From Planctomycetota bacterium (GTDB taxonomy: Bacteria > Planctomycetota > UBA8108 > SXIK01): DNA of 64,000 nucleotides. This document shows, in pieces, positions 17,552 to 27,296 of this stretch. The position numbers and the translations under genes were made by a program. Position 1 is the first letter of the stretch; every line of letters starts with the position of its first letter. The notes beneath the pieces were generated by a model that was given only the letters and a program-made list of their open reading frames with translations, made no database searches and had not been told where the DNA came from. The stretch lies in contig CBDCXR010000004.1 of the NCBI GenBank assembly GCA_965223845.1, positions 4,608,001 to 4,672,000 on the forward strand. The letters are read 5' to 3'.

Positions 17552-20344
17552 TCAAATGGGAACCCGGTTCGGGGCTGTCCTGTCCGGGCTCGGAAACCAA
17601 ACCCGCACCACCGTCTTTCCCAGCTCGATGACGGTCACCGGAACGAACGCGAGCGCACCGACCCACCCCCACTCGCCCGCCCGTAGCGTGCTTACCTCAA
17701 ACACCGATTGCGCGACCGGAATCACGATCACACCGACCTGGAGCAGCGTCGAGATCGCGATCGCACCCCAGAGGTGCAGGTTCGAAGTCCACCCGAGCTC
17801 GCCCAGGGTTTCGGTTCGACTGCGACAGCTGACGGCGAAGAGGAGCTGCGAGAACGCGATGACGCAAAACGCCGCGGTTCGCGCGCGCGGTAGATTCGCC
17901 GCGTCGCCGCCGTAGATGATCCCGAAGCCGACCGCCGCCGTCCCTCCGAGGAGAAGACCGTGCGCGAGCATCGCTCGTCCGCGTCGCCCGTCGATCACGG
18001 GGGCCTTCGGCGGTCGAGGTGGCCGGCGCATGACGTCCCTCTCCGGCGGCTCCATCGCGAGCGCGAGCGCCGGGAGACTGTCCGTCACGAGATTGATCCA
18101 GAGGATCTGAATCGCGACGAGCGGGATCGGCCAGCCGATGAGCGTCGCAAGAAACATGAAGGCAACCTCACCCGCATTGCACGCGAGGAGGTAGTGAACG
18201 AACTTCTGAATGTTGTCGAAGATCCCGCGCCCTTCTTCGACCGCGGCGATGATCGAGGCGAAGTTGTCGTCGGTGAGCACCATGTCCGACGCTCCCTTGG
18301 TCACGTCGGTACCGGTGATTCCCATCGCCACGCCGATGTCGGCGCTCCTGACGGCCGGGGCGTCGTTCACGCCATCCCCGGTCATCGCGACCACTTGGCC
18401 GCGGGCGCGCCAGGCGCCCACGACGCGAAGCTTGTGCTCGGGTGAGACTCGGGCGTACACCCCGATCGTTTCGACGGCGTCCTTCAGCTCCTCGTCGGAG
18501 AGACGATCGAGCTCGGCGCCGGTGACGACACGGTCGCCTTCGCGCAAGATTCGCAGCTCGCTCGCAATCGCACGCGCCGTCTGCGGGTGGTCTCCCGTGA
18601 TCATAATCGGGCGGATTCCCGCGGTTCCGCACTCCTCGACCGCGCGCTTCACCTCTTCCCGCGGGGGATCGATCATTCCCGCGAGGCCGACGAACGTGAG
18701 ATCACGCTCCTCGACCTCTCGTACACGCTCGAGAGCGACGTCGCGGAGCGCGAAACCGAGAACGCGAAGCGAGCGCGAAGCCATTTCCGACGCCTCCGCG
18801 AGGATCGCGCGACGCCGCTCGTCGTCGAGTGGCTCGATCCGCCCGCCGCGATGTTCGCTCGTACACCGCGCGACCACGGCTTCGACCGCGCCCTTCGTAT
18901 AGAGAACGGGGCGTCCGGGCTCTTCTTCGACCACGACCGACATCGCGCGACGCTCTGAGTCGAACGGAATCTCGAAGAGAGTCGGACGACGCACTTGCGC
19001 GGCCTCGAGTCGCGCCTTAAGCGCCGCGACGACGAGCGCCCCCTCGGTGGGGTCGCCGATCACCTGCCAGGTCTTTGCCCCCGCGGTCGGATGGACGCTC
19101 GCATTGTTGCAGCGAGCGGCGACCGTGAGGAGGCGCGCGAGGTCACCTGCATCGCCGAGTGTCACTTCCGACTCGCCGGCCTCGTCGCTTCTTGAGCTCG
19201 AGTCCTCCGCGCGTCGAAGGAACTTTCCCGATGGCGCGTAGCCGACTCCCGTCACCGAAAACGCGGAGTCCGGAGTCCGGATCTCCCGGACGGTCATCTC
19301 GTTCTTCGTGAGTGTCCCCGTCTTGTCGGAGCAGATCACCGTCACCGAGCCGAGCGTCTCGACGCTCGGAAGTCGCCGAACGAGCGCGTTTCGTTCGACC
19401 ATGCGGCGGAGTCCTAGAGCGAGGGCGATCGTGACGACCGCCGGCAATCCCTCCGGTACGGCTGCGACCGCGAGGCTCACCGAGAGGAGGAAGACTTCGA
19501 AGATGTCGCCTCCGCGCAGTACCTGGAGCGTAAAGATCACCGCGACAAGTGCGAGACAGACGACGACGAGCACGCGACCCAGCTGACGCAGCCGAATTTG
19601 AAGCGGTGTCGGCTCGGGCTCGTGCCTCCGCAACATCCCGGCGATCCGCCCGAGCTCCGTCTCCATCCCGGTCGCGGTGACGATGGCTCGCGCCTTGCCC
19701 GCCGCCGCCACCGTCCCGAGATAGACCATGTTCACGCGGTCGCCGAGCGCGGTGTCGACGGCGAGCTCGGCGTCGGCAGCCTTCGACTCGGCGACGGACT
19801 CGCCCGTGAGCGAAGCCTCCTGCACGCGAAGATCGTAGGCTTCAACGAGGCGCGCGTCCGCGGGCACCGCGTCGCCCGCTTCGATCTGAATGACGTCCCC
19901 GCCGACGAGGTCGCGCGCCGGCACGGTCTCGAGGATTCCGCCGCGGAACACGTGCGCGAGCGGCGCTGAGAGCTCTCGGAGCGCGCTCAGCGAGCGCTCC
20001 GCGCGCTCTTCTTGAAGAAAACCGAGAATGCCGTTGAGGAGCACGATCGCGAGGATCGCCGCCGTGTCGGCCCAGTCGCCGATCACTCCCGAGATGATGG
20101 CCGCGGCGATGAGGATCCAGACGACGAGATCGGAGAACTGACGGAAGAAACGCCGCCACGTCGGAATCGGCGGTGCTTCCGGAATTTCGTTCGGCCCGTC
20201 GCGCTCGCGACGCTCGATCGCGACCGTGCCAGATAGACCCTCCGCGGGGTCGACACCCGCTGCGCGCGCAACGTCCGTCGCGGGTCGAGTGTAAGCTGCG
20301 TCCTCCTCGGTGCGCGCGCCGATCTTCGGAGCATGCTCCGTCAT
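17552..20344 (-). CDS. P-type IIA (Ca2+-type) cation-transporting ATPase
   Basis: [43 protein letters not shown]; ATG at 20344 overlaps the upstream stop (ATGA). Confidence 0.95.
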   Translation of the reverse strand: MTEHAPKIGARTEEDAAYTRPATDVARAAGVDPAEGLSGTVAIERRERDGPNEIPEAPPIPTWRRFFRQFSDLVVWILIAAAIISGVIGDWADTAAILAIVLLNGILGFLQEERAERSLSALRELSAPLAHVFRGGILETVPARDLVGGDVIQIEAGDAVPADARLVEAYDLRVQEASLTGESVAESKAADAELAVDTALGDRVNMVYLGTVAAAGKARAIVTATGMETELGRIAGMLRRHEPEPTPLQIRLRQLGRVLVVVCLALVAVIFTLQVLRGGDIFEVFLLSVSLAVAAVPEGLPAVVTIALALGLRRMVERNALVRRLPSVETLGSVTVICSDKTGTLTKNEMTVREIRTPDSAFSVTGVGYAPSGKFLRRAEDSSSRSDEAGESEVTLGDAGDLARLLTVAARCNNASVHPTAGAKTWQVIGDPTEGALVVAALKARLEAAQVRRPTLFEIPFDSERRAMSVVVEEEPGRPVLYTKGAVEAVVARCTSEHRGGRIEPLDDERRRAILAEASEMASRSLRVLGFALRDVALERVREVEERDLTFVGLAGMIDPPREEVKRAVEECGTAGIRPIMITGDHPQTARAIASELRILREGDRVVTGAELDRLSDEELKDAVETIGVYARVSPEHKLRVVGAWRARGQVVAMTGDGVNDAPAVRSADIGVAMGITGTDVTKGASDMVLTDDNFASIIAAVEEGRGIFDNIQKFVHYLLACNAGEVAFMFLATLIGWPIPLVAIQILWINLVTDSLPALALAMEPPERDVMRRPPRPPKAPVIDGRRGRAMLAHGLLLGGTAAVGFGIIYGGDAANLPRARTAAFCVIAFSQLLFAVSCRSRTETLGELGWTSNLHLWGAIAISTLLQVGVIVIPVAQSVFEVSTLRAGEWGWVGALAFVPVTVIELGKTVVRVWFPSPDRTAPNRVPI

Positions 20345-21348
20345 CGCGGCCCCTCGCCCAGCCAGTAGAGAACGACGAGCGCCGCTACGACCAGTCCGAT
20401 GACGAGAAGCGCGTCCGGCTCGACGAAACGCTTCCGTGCTTCGATGTGGTAGAGCTGCCCGAGAACAGCGACCGCAGTGATGAGAATGGCCGCGAGACAA
20501 GTGACGATCTGCACCGGCGACGCCGCGCCGAGAAGAGGCGCCCCCGACGAGAGCTCGACGACGGCGAGGAGCACGATATTGAACGAGTTGCTTCCGAAGA
20601 TGTTCCCGAGCGCGAGATCGAACGCGCCTAGGCGAACCGCCGTGATCGTCGTCACGAGCTCGGGAAGCGACGTCGCGGCTGCGACGAATGTCGATCCGAC
20701 GAACGTCTCTCCGAGACCGGAAGTCTCGGCGAGTTCCCCGGCAGACGACGCCAGAAACGGTCCGGCGACGAGGATGACTCCGGCCGTCGCGATATACCCG
20801 GCGACGGCCTGCGCGAGCGTGAGGCGCGGCGGAGGAGCCGATGGATCTGGCTCCGTCCGACTCGCATCCGTTCCTTGCTGATCGCAGTAGACCATGCGCA
20901 CTCCAAACGCGTACGCGGCGAGGATCCCGACGCTCCCCGCGCCGATCGGACCGATGTATCCGCGAAGCCCGATCGCGATCGCGCCGGCGGCGATGCTCAT
21001 GAGCGCGATGCTCACGACCCCCGAGAGCGCGTGCGCGGCCGATATCCGCGAGAGAAGACGGCCGCGGGAATGATGCGTGAGGTCGAGCACGCCCAAAATG
21101 AGAAGGTTGAACAGGTTGCTCCCGACGAGGCCGCCGACCGCGACATCGATGAACCCCTGCCGCGCCGCGGCGATATCGACGGACAACTCGGGAAGCGATG
21201 TCGCCCCCGCGAGGAACACGCTTCCTACCCAGAGCCGCCCGAACCCCGTCCGGCGCGCGATTCCGTCGGCGAACCAGGTGAGCGCGGCGCCGCACACGAT
21301 GATGGCGATGGCGAAGAGACCGAACTCGACCAGGACTCCAAGCTGCAC
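20341..21348 (-). CDS. Ca2+:cation antiporter (CaCA, YrbG-like)
   Basis: Two alpha repeats, ATSLPEL...GSNLFN and ATSLPEL...GNIFGSNSFN; GTG start with AAGGGG RBS. Confidence 0.92.
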   Translation of the reverse strand: MQLGVLVEFGLFAIAIIVCGAALTWFADGIARRTGFGRLWVGSVFLAGATSLPELSVDIAAARQGFIDVAVGGLVGSNLFNLLILGVLDLTHHSRGRLLSRISAAHALSGVVSIALMSIAAGAIAIGLRGYIGPIGAGSVGILAAYAFGVRMVYCDQQGTDASRTEPDPSAPPPRLTLAQAVAGYIATAGVILVAGPFLASSAGELAETSGLGETFVGSTFVAAATSLPELVTTITAVRLGAFDLALGNIFGSNSFNIVLLAVVELSSGAPLLGAASPVQIVTCLAAILITAVAVLGQLYHIEARKRFVEPDALLVIGLVVAALVVLYWLGEGPR

Positions 21349-21419
21349 CGCGATCGTCCCCTTCCGCGTCGCACCGTCACTTCCCGCGCGAGCATCCGAA
21401 TCACGCGCGGAGGTCGCAG

Positions 21420-21435
21420 CGCACATCCTATTCCA
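21420..21435 (-). promoter_or_regulatory. Weaker putative sigma54 promoter of the CaCA-ATPase operon
   Basis: Minus strand TGGAATAGGATGTGCG; correct GG-N10-GC spacing but a deviant -12. Confidence 0.4.
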
Positions 21436-21615
21436 CGGACGGCGATTCGGATTACGGCCACGCGAACGAATCCAGGGCGGCGCGGGAACTACCGCACACG
21501 CTATGGAATATTACCCAGCCGCTCGCCGGCCGAACTCGGCCCGAGGACGCCCCATCCAGCGAGGGACGTGCGTCCACGCCACGATAACAACGTTCACCGA
21601 TCTCGTCAGGAACGA

Positions 21616-21631
21616 GGGAACGCCCTTTGCA
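21616..21631 (+). promoter_or_regulatory. Putative sigma54 promoter of hsp20
   Basis: GGGAACGCCCTTTGCA, nearly identical to the motif at 15375-15390. Confidence 0.65.
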
Positions 21632-21727
21632 GTTACTCTCTGCGACCGGCGCGTCGCCAACGATCGGGGCGGCGCGGAGTGGTCCTGGATGTTTAGAGCG
21701 GCCTTTCAGTGAAGGAGGTCAAAGGCC

Positions 21728-22207
21728 ATGAAACTCACCGATCTGATGCCCTGGCGCAGCCGCGAGCTCGGAGCTCGGCCCGCTAACGGAGAGTCCCTCG
21801 CGTCGTTTCGCCGAGAGATGAACCGACTCTTCGACGATTTCCTCGCCGATCCTTGGGGAACGGAGGCCGGAAAGACCTTCGCTCCGAAGCTCGACATCAC
21901 CGAAACCGAGGGAACGATCGAGGTGAAGGCGGAGATTCCCGGCGTGGATGAGAACGACGTCGAGCTTCTCCTCGACGACGCGTCGCTCACGATCCGCGGC
22001 GAAAAAAAGGAAGAGAAAGAGACCGAAGACGAAGGCTGGCACGTCCGCGAGTCGTCGTACGGAAAGTTCGAGCGCGTCGTGCCGCTCCCGTGCGGCGTCG
22101 ATTCGGGGAAGGCCAAGGCTAGACACAAGAAGGGCGTGTTGACCATCACGCTGCCGAAATCGGAGGACGCGAAGAAGGCCCGAAAGCGCATTCCAGTGAG
22201 CGGTTAG
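21728..22207 (+). CDS. Hsp20/alpha-crystallin small heat-shock protein
   Basis: REMNRLFDDF, PKLDITET, AEIPGV, ESSYGKFERVVPLP, GVLTITLPK; AAGGAGG upstream. Confidence 0.95.
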   Translation: MKLTDLMPWRSRELGARPANGESLASFRREMNRLFDDFLADPWGTEAGKTFAPKLDITETEGTIEVKAEIPGVDENDVELLLDDASLTIRGEKKEEKETEDEGWHVRESSYGKFERVVPLPCGVDSGKAKARHKKGVLTITLPKSEDAKKARKRIPVSG

Positions 22208-22467
22208 TCCATCTATGCAGCGTGGGGACTCGCGGCCGCGGCTCGCACTCGAGCTAGCCGCGACCCTAAGGGTTTGGGCGGGCTGGTCGACGAGGAACGG
22301 GCGAGGCGTTCACGGCGTCCTCGCCCGGTTTTCGTTCTGACGAGTGCGCGGACGCATCACGCGACGAGGCGAATCACTTGGGGCGTCGGATGGACTGGGG
22401 TACGATCGGACGCTCGAGACTTGACGACCGACCGCCGCTGCGCGGCGGTTCTCCGATCTGATCACCA

Positions 22468-24162
22468 TTGAGAGACGCCATCGCCTTGGTTCGATCACGC
22501 AGCCGTTCACGTCGAGAGGAGCTGGGGCTCTCCAAGCTTGCTCTTCTCGTCACCATCGTCGTCGCCCTTTTCGCCGAAACGAGCCTCGCGACCACGGAGC
22601 GAGCGGAGGAATCCCTCACCCTCCGCGGCTCGATCGTCGATGCCGATTCGGGAGCCGCGCTCCCGGCGAGGCTCTACATCCGCTCCGGTGGCGGCAAGCT
22701 CTTCCTCGCCCGTTCGGCGGACGAGAAGAAAGGGTCCGCCGTTCCCTACGAGCGAAGTCGATCGGCAACGAGCATCGAAGTGCACACGGCGCTGTCGGCG
22801 CACGACTTCGTCGCGGATCTCCCTCCGGGGACGTATACCCTCACCGCCGAACGCGGAAAGGAGTACCTCCCCGCGACGGCGACGGTCGTGCTTCCGGCCC
22901 CGAGCGGCGAACGCACGCCGAAGGTCGTCCTTCGCCTCCGCCGCTGGATCGATCTCCGCGCGCTCGGTTGGTACTCGGGCGAGACTCACGTTCACCGCTC
23001 GCTCGACGAGCTTCCGACCGCGATGCTCGCGGACGATCTCAACGTCGCGCTCCCGCTTACCTACTGGGTAACAAAGTCGCACACGCCGCCCAGCGCCGGC
23101 GACAAGAACTCCGGCGCGGCAACGGCCGAGCTCATTCGCGTCGACCGCGAGCACGTGATCTATCCGCTCAACACCGAATACGAGATTTTCACTGTTCGCG
23201 GGCGGCGCCACACGCTCGGCGCCGTGTTCGCGCTTCGCCACCGCACGGTGCTCACCGAGGGAGTCCCTCCCGTTCGCGCTATCGCCGAACGAGTTCACCG
23301 CGAAGGCGGTCTCCTCGAGCTCGACAAGCACAACTGGCCGTGGTCGATGATGCTGATTCCGGTGATGGGCGTAGATCTCTACGAACTGACCAACAACCAC
23401 GTCTGGCGCACGGAGTTCCATTTCAAGGGCTTCGGAGTCGCGGCGGCCGACTATATGAAAGTCGAGCGCGGTCCGCACGACTGGACGGAACGCGGCTGGA
23501 TCGACTTCACGCTAAAGAACTACTACGCGCTCCTCGACTGCGGCTTTCGCCTTCGTCCGACCGCGGGAACGGCTTCGGGTGTCCACCCGGTGCCGCTCGG
23601 CTACGGTCGCGTGTACGTCTACCTTCCCGGCGAGTTCTCCTTCGACGCGTGGATGGACGGACTCGACGCGGGACGCAGCTTCGTCACAACCGGCCCTCTC
23701 CTCGACGTTCAGATCGATCGCGAGCGTCCGGGCGCGACGCTGCGCGGAGTGCGACCGCGCCAGATCACCGGCTGGGCGAAGAGCGCCTCGCCCCTCTCGC
23801 GCATCGAGATCGTGTCGGCGCGCGGCGGCATCCTGAAGGTGACGCCCGCGAATCGAAAGACGACGAACGGCAGCTACGAGTCACGGATCGACCTCGTCGT
23901 GGCTCCGCGCGAATCCACTTGGTACGCCGTCCGCTGCTTCGAGCCGCAGCCCGGCGGGCGCGAGCGATTCGCTCACTCCGCTCCGTTTCACGTCGAGATC
24001 GAAGGAAAGCCGCTCCGTCCGCGCCCGGAGGTCGCCGCGTATCTCGTCGAGCGAGTGCGCGCCGAAATCGAACGGAACAAGAACGTCCTCGACGACGCGG
24101 CCCTCGCGGAGTATCGCTCCGCCCTCGAAGCGTACGAAGCGATCGCTAAGACCGCTCGGTGA
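22468..24162 (+). CDS. CehA/McbA-family PHP-like metallohydrolase, secreted
   Basis: GWYSGETHVH, YYALLDCGFRLRPTAGT, GYGRVYV, GRSFVTTGP, FAHSAP; start uncertain. Confidence 0.8.
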   Translation: MRDAIALVRSRSRSRREELGLSKLALLVTIVVALFAETSLATTERAEESLTLRGSIVDADSGAALPARLYIRSGGGKLFLARSADEKKGSAVPYERSRSATSIEVHTALSAHDFVADLPPGTYTLTAERGKEYLPATATVVLPAPSGERTPKVVLRLRRWIDLRALGWYSGETHVHRSLDELPTAMLADDLNVALPLTYWVTKSHTPPSAGDKNSGAATAELIRVDREHVIYPLNTEYEIFTVRGRRHTLGAVFALRHRTVLTEGVPPVRAIAERVHREGGLLELDKHNWPWSMMLIPVMGVDLYELTNNHVWRTEFHFKGFGVAAADYMKVERGPHDWTERGWIDFTLKNYYALLDCGFRLRPTAGTASGVHPVPLGYGRVYVYLPGEFSFDAWMDGLDAGRSFVTTGPLLDVQIDRERPGATLRGVRPRQITGWAKSASPLSRIEIVSARGGILKVTPANRKTTNGSYESRIDLVVAPRESTWYAVRCFEPQPGGRERFAHSAPFHVEIEGKPLRPRPEVAAYLVERVRAEIERNKNVLDDAALAEYRSALEAYEAIAKTAR

Positions 24163-24172
24163 GGAAACTGCC

Positions 24173-25801
24173 GTGGCGAACGCGCCGAACCGCGATCTAA
24201 CGGGCCGTCACTCGGCGAACATCTCTCCGGCCATTCTCGCCGTGACGATGTTCATCGCCGCGCGCGTCCCGCTCGTCTCAGTGGCGATTGCCGACGAGGC
24301 GCCCCCAGCGCCCGACTCGCCGCAGGTCGTCCGGCCGCCGGAGTCGTTTTTCGAGCTCGTTCCCGAGCGCGACCGCGAGACCGCGCGTGGGTTCTACGGA
24401 AAATACGTCGACGTCGACGGCATATCCGTCGCCGCCGCACCCGAAGTCGACGACGCCGCGCTCGTTCGAACTCACGAGATCGTGAGCCACATGCTCGCCG
24501 GGCGCCCCGACGTGCGCCGCGCGATGATCGAGCGGCGGACCTACCTCATCATCATCGGAAAGGGCCAGGTCTACACCGAGATGCCGGAGTACCGGCATCG
24601 CTCGAACAAGGAGTACTGGAACGAGCGCGTCCGCGGCACAGGAGGGAACCCGACGAGCTTCGGCGAAGAGAACCTCCTCAGCCTTCCCGTCGATCGCTAC
24701 GACGACGAGAGCATCGCGGTCCACGAGTTCGCGCACACGATCGACGGCGCGCTCCGTGCGCTCGATGCGACGTGGAACGAACGGAAACGCGGGGTCTACG
24801 ACGAAGCGATCGCCAAAGGGCTCTATCGCGGAGCCTACGCCGCGACGAGTCCCGGCGAGTACTGGGCCGAGATCGTCCAGTCGTACTTCGATTCGAACCG
24901 CGTCAACAACTGGAACCACGGGCCGGTCGGAAAGCGCGAAGAGCTCAGGGAATACGACCCGGCGGGATACGAGCTCGTGCGTTCGACGTTTCGCCTGACG
25001 CCCGAGACGGACTGGCGGTACTCGTTTCGTCAGTCGCTCCCGCGAGTGAGCGCGCCGCCGGAGCGATTCGGAATCGACCCCTATTACAAGAAGTTCACCT
25101 GGGCGCGTGAGCTGATCGTTCTCGGTCGGGAGGCGAGCGACGAAGCTCTCCTCGCGGCGAACGATACGATCCGAAAGCTCTTCGCGTACCGTCACGACAT
25201 TCTGAAGGCGCTCATCAACGACGGCGTTCGCGTCGTCATCCTCGGAAGGACGGAGCGCCTCGCCGACCTTCCCGAGCTGCGCGAACGCGCGCCGGGAACC
25301 ATCGATCTCGGTGGCCGCACGCTCGACTACGCACCGGGGGTGCGGCGCGTCGTCATCGGAGAAGAGGCCATCGTTCGCCCCGAATCGGGCGGGTCGCGGA
25401 GCGAAGTGATCCGCGCGCTCGCCGTCGCGTCGTACCGCGTTACGTCAAGCCGGCCCGTAGATCCCAATTGGGACGACCGTCCCCGCCGGCAGCGGCAGCA
25501 GTACGAGCTCAACGTTTCCCGGCTCGATCGAAGATTCGGCGAGCGCGTCGCGCAGCTTCACGCCGCGGCGATGGCGGAGCGGCGTTGGCGGGGAACTCCC
25601 GCCGTTCACCGCCCCGAGACGTACTGGGCCGAAGGCGTCCTCGCTTACTTCGACGCCGTCGGGCGCGCTCTTCCCCCCGAGGGAAGCGAGACGGCGATCG
25701 ACACCCGCGAGAAACTCAGAGACTACGATCGGCCGCTCTACGAGCTCGTCCACGAGACGATGGCTTACGCCGGTCGCGTCGAGTGGCGGTACCGGGGCTG
25801 A
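24173..25801 (+). CDS. Zinc metalloprotease-like protein with duplicated ATLF/M34-like domains
   Basis: HEFAH ... YAATSPGEYWAE in domain 1; second copy keeps ETYWAEG and REKLRDYD but lacks HExxH. Confidence 0.75.
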   Translation: MANAPNRDLTGRHSANISPAILAVTMFIAARVPLVSVAIADEAPPAPDSPQVVRPPESFFELVPERDRETARGFYGKYVDVDGISVAAAPEVDDAALVRTHEIVSHMLAGRPDVRRAMIERRTYLIIIGKGQVYTEMPEYRHRSNKEYWNERVRGTGGNPTSFGEENLLSLPVDRYDDESIAVHEFAHTIDGALRALDATWNERKRGVYDEAIAKGLYRGAYAATSPGEYWAEIVQSYFDSNRVNNWNHGPVGKREELREYDPAGYELVRSTFRLTPETDWRYSFRQSLPRVSAPPERFGIDPYYKKFTWARELIVLGREASDEALLAANDTIRKLFAYRHDILKALINDGVRVVILGRTERLADLPELRERAPGTIDLGGRTLDYAPGVRRVVIGEEAIVRPESGGSRSEVIRALAVASYRVTSSRPVDPNWDDRPRRQRQQYELNVSRLDRRFGERVAQLHAAAMAERRWRGTPAVHRPETYWAEGVLAYFDAVGRALPPEGSETAIDTREKLRDYDRPLYELVHETMAYAGRVEWRYRG

Positions 25802-26006
25802 GCAACTCGACACGAAAGGTCGCTCGAGGCGAGTCGGGTCGACAGATACGGGATCTGTTCGGCGGACGCACCGCGACTTTCCGGAAAGAAACCGGGGAAC
25901 ATTCCTCGGCCCTCTCTCGACGACCCGTCGTTGCCGACCGGCCCCTGTCTGGTACCATCGCACGTATCGTCGAGAACGAATCAAGCTCTCCCCGAGTTCC
26001 GAAGTT

Positions 26007-27296
26007 ATGCGAATTTTCTGCGTCCTCCTCTTGACCCTCGTCGCGGTGAGCGGCGTCGCGCTGTGGGGACCGTTTTCGTCGGCCGAACACCACGCGGACG
26101 TCACCGGCGATTTCGGCGATCCGATCCCGGGCCTCGCGCCATTCGAGCTCGTCTCGTTCCAGCGCGGTCGCGACGTCTTCATGAGACGCTGGCCGCGCGA
26201 CGAAGGTCTCGGCCCTCACTTCAACGCCGTGTCGTGTATGTCGTGTCACGAGGATCCCGCCCCCGGTGGTTCCTCGCAGCGCTACCGCGATTTCTACATC
26301 GCCGTCCAATCGGAATCGCCGGCGAGTAAAGTCTACGGCGATTGCACCGACGAGAACGCGCAAACGCAATCGACCGAGCTCTGCCTGCCGAGCATCGTGA
26401 TGCCGCACTACGGGCCGATCCAGTCCCGCACCGATCCGGTCGCGGCGAGCGTGGCTCACCCGCCGATTCCGTACGACGGCACCATCGCCGCGCTCCGGAA
26501 CGCGCCCCCAATCTTCGGTGTCGGTCTCTTTCGACTGGTCTCCGACGACGAGATCAGTTCGCGAAACGATCCGCTCGACCTCGATGGCGACGGCATCTCC
26601 GGCCGCTTCAATCTCGTGGCGAGCGAAGACTTCGCGATCGGCCGTTTCGGCTACAAGGCACAAACCGCGAGCATCGAGGCCTTCAACCGCGGCGCGCTCC
26701 ACAATCAAATGGGGATCACGAGCGACTCGCTCGAGCTCGCCGCCGCGTTCGAGTCGGATGATCGCGGCCTCCTCGACCGCTTGCTCGGCACGGAGACGGC
26801 GTACGCCCAGGTCGCAACTCCGACCGATCGCATCACCGATCAGGATCCGATTCCCGATCCGGAAATCAGCCGACAGGATCTCTTTGACCTCGTCTCCTTC
26901 CAAGAGAAGCTCGCTGCGCCTCGTCGCGGTCGCATCACTCCGGCCGTGCGGCGCGGAGAGCGCGTCTTCGAAGACATCGGATGCACCGGCTGCCACACTC
27001 CGTCGCTCAGCATTCCGCAGGGACTGATCTTTCCCTACACCGATCTGCTCCTTCACGACATGGGAGAAGAGCTCGCCGACGGAGTCGCGATGGGGGCCGC
27101 GAGCGGAAGCGAGTTCCGTACGCAGCCGCTCTGGGGACTCTGTGCGCACCCGCCGTTTCTCCACGATGGGCGTGCGGACACCGTCGCCGAGGCGATCCTC
27201 GCTCACGGTGGCGAGGGACAGGCCTCGCGCGATCGGTACGCCGATCTCGACGACCGAGATCGCGCCGATCTTCACCGCTTCCTGGAGTCGCTCTGA
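26007..27296 (+). CDS. Di-heme oxidoreductase (DHOR-family) protein
   Basis: GLGPHFNAVSCMSCH; DPLDLDGDGISGR; GRFGYKA; CTGCH; YTDLLLHDMG; FRTQPLWG; LHDGRA. Confidence 0.92.
   Translation: MRIFCVLLLTLVAVSGVALWGPFSSAEHHADVTGDFGDPIPGLAPFELVSFQRGRDVFMRRWPRDEGLGPHFNAVSCMSCHEDPAPGGSSQRYRDFYIAVQSESPASKVYGDCTDENAQTQSTELCLPSIVMPHYGPIQSRTDPVAASVAHPPIPYDGTIAALRNAPPIFGVGLFRLVSDDEISSRNDPLDLDGDGISGRFNLVASEDFAIGRFGYKAQTASIEAFNRGALHNQMGITSDSLELAAAFESDDRGLLDRLLGTETAYAQVATPTDRITDQDPIPDPEISRQDLFDLVSFQEKLAAPRRGRITPAVRRGERVFEDIGCTGCHTPSLSIPQGLIFPYTDLLLHDMGEELADGVAMGAASGSEFRTQPLWGLCAHPPFLHDGRADTVAEAILAHGGEGQASRDRYADLDDRDRADLHRFLESL

Noticed and set aside
20345-21295. N-terminal 317 aa of the 1247-aa ATPase ORF as a novel fusion
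   Set aside because: It is an alternate frame over the CaCA gene; the real start is the ATGA-coupled ATG at 20344. The same applies to the ORF-track extensions at 38692, 26981 and 47518.
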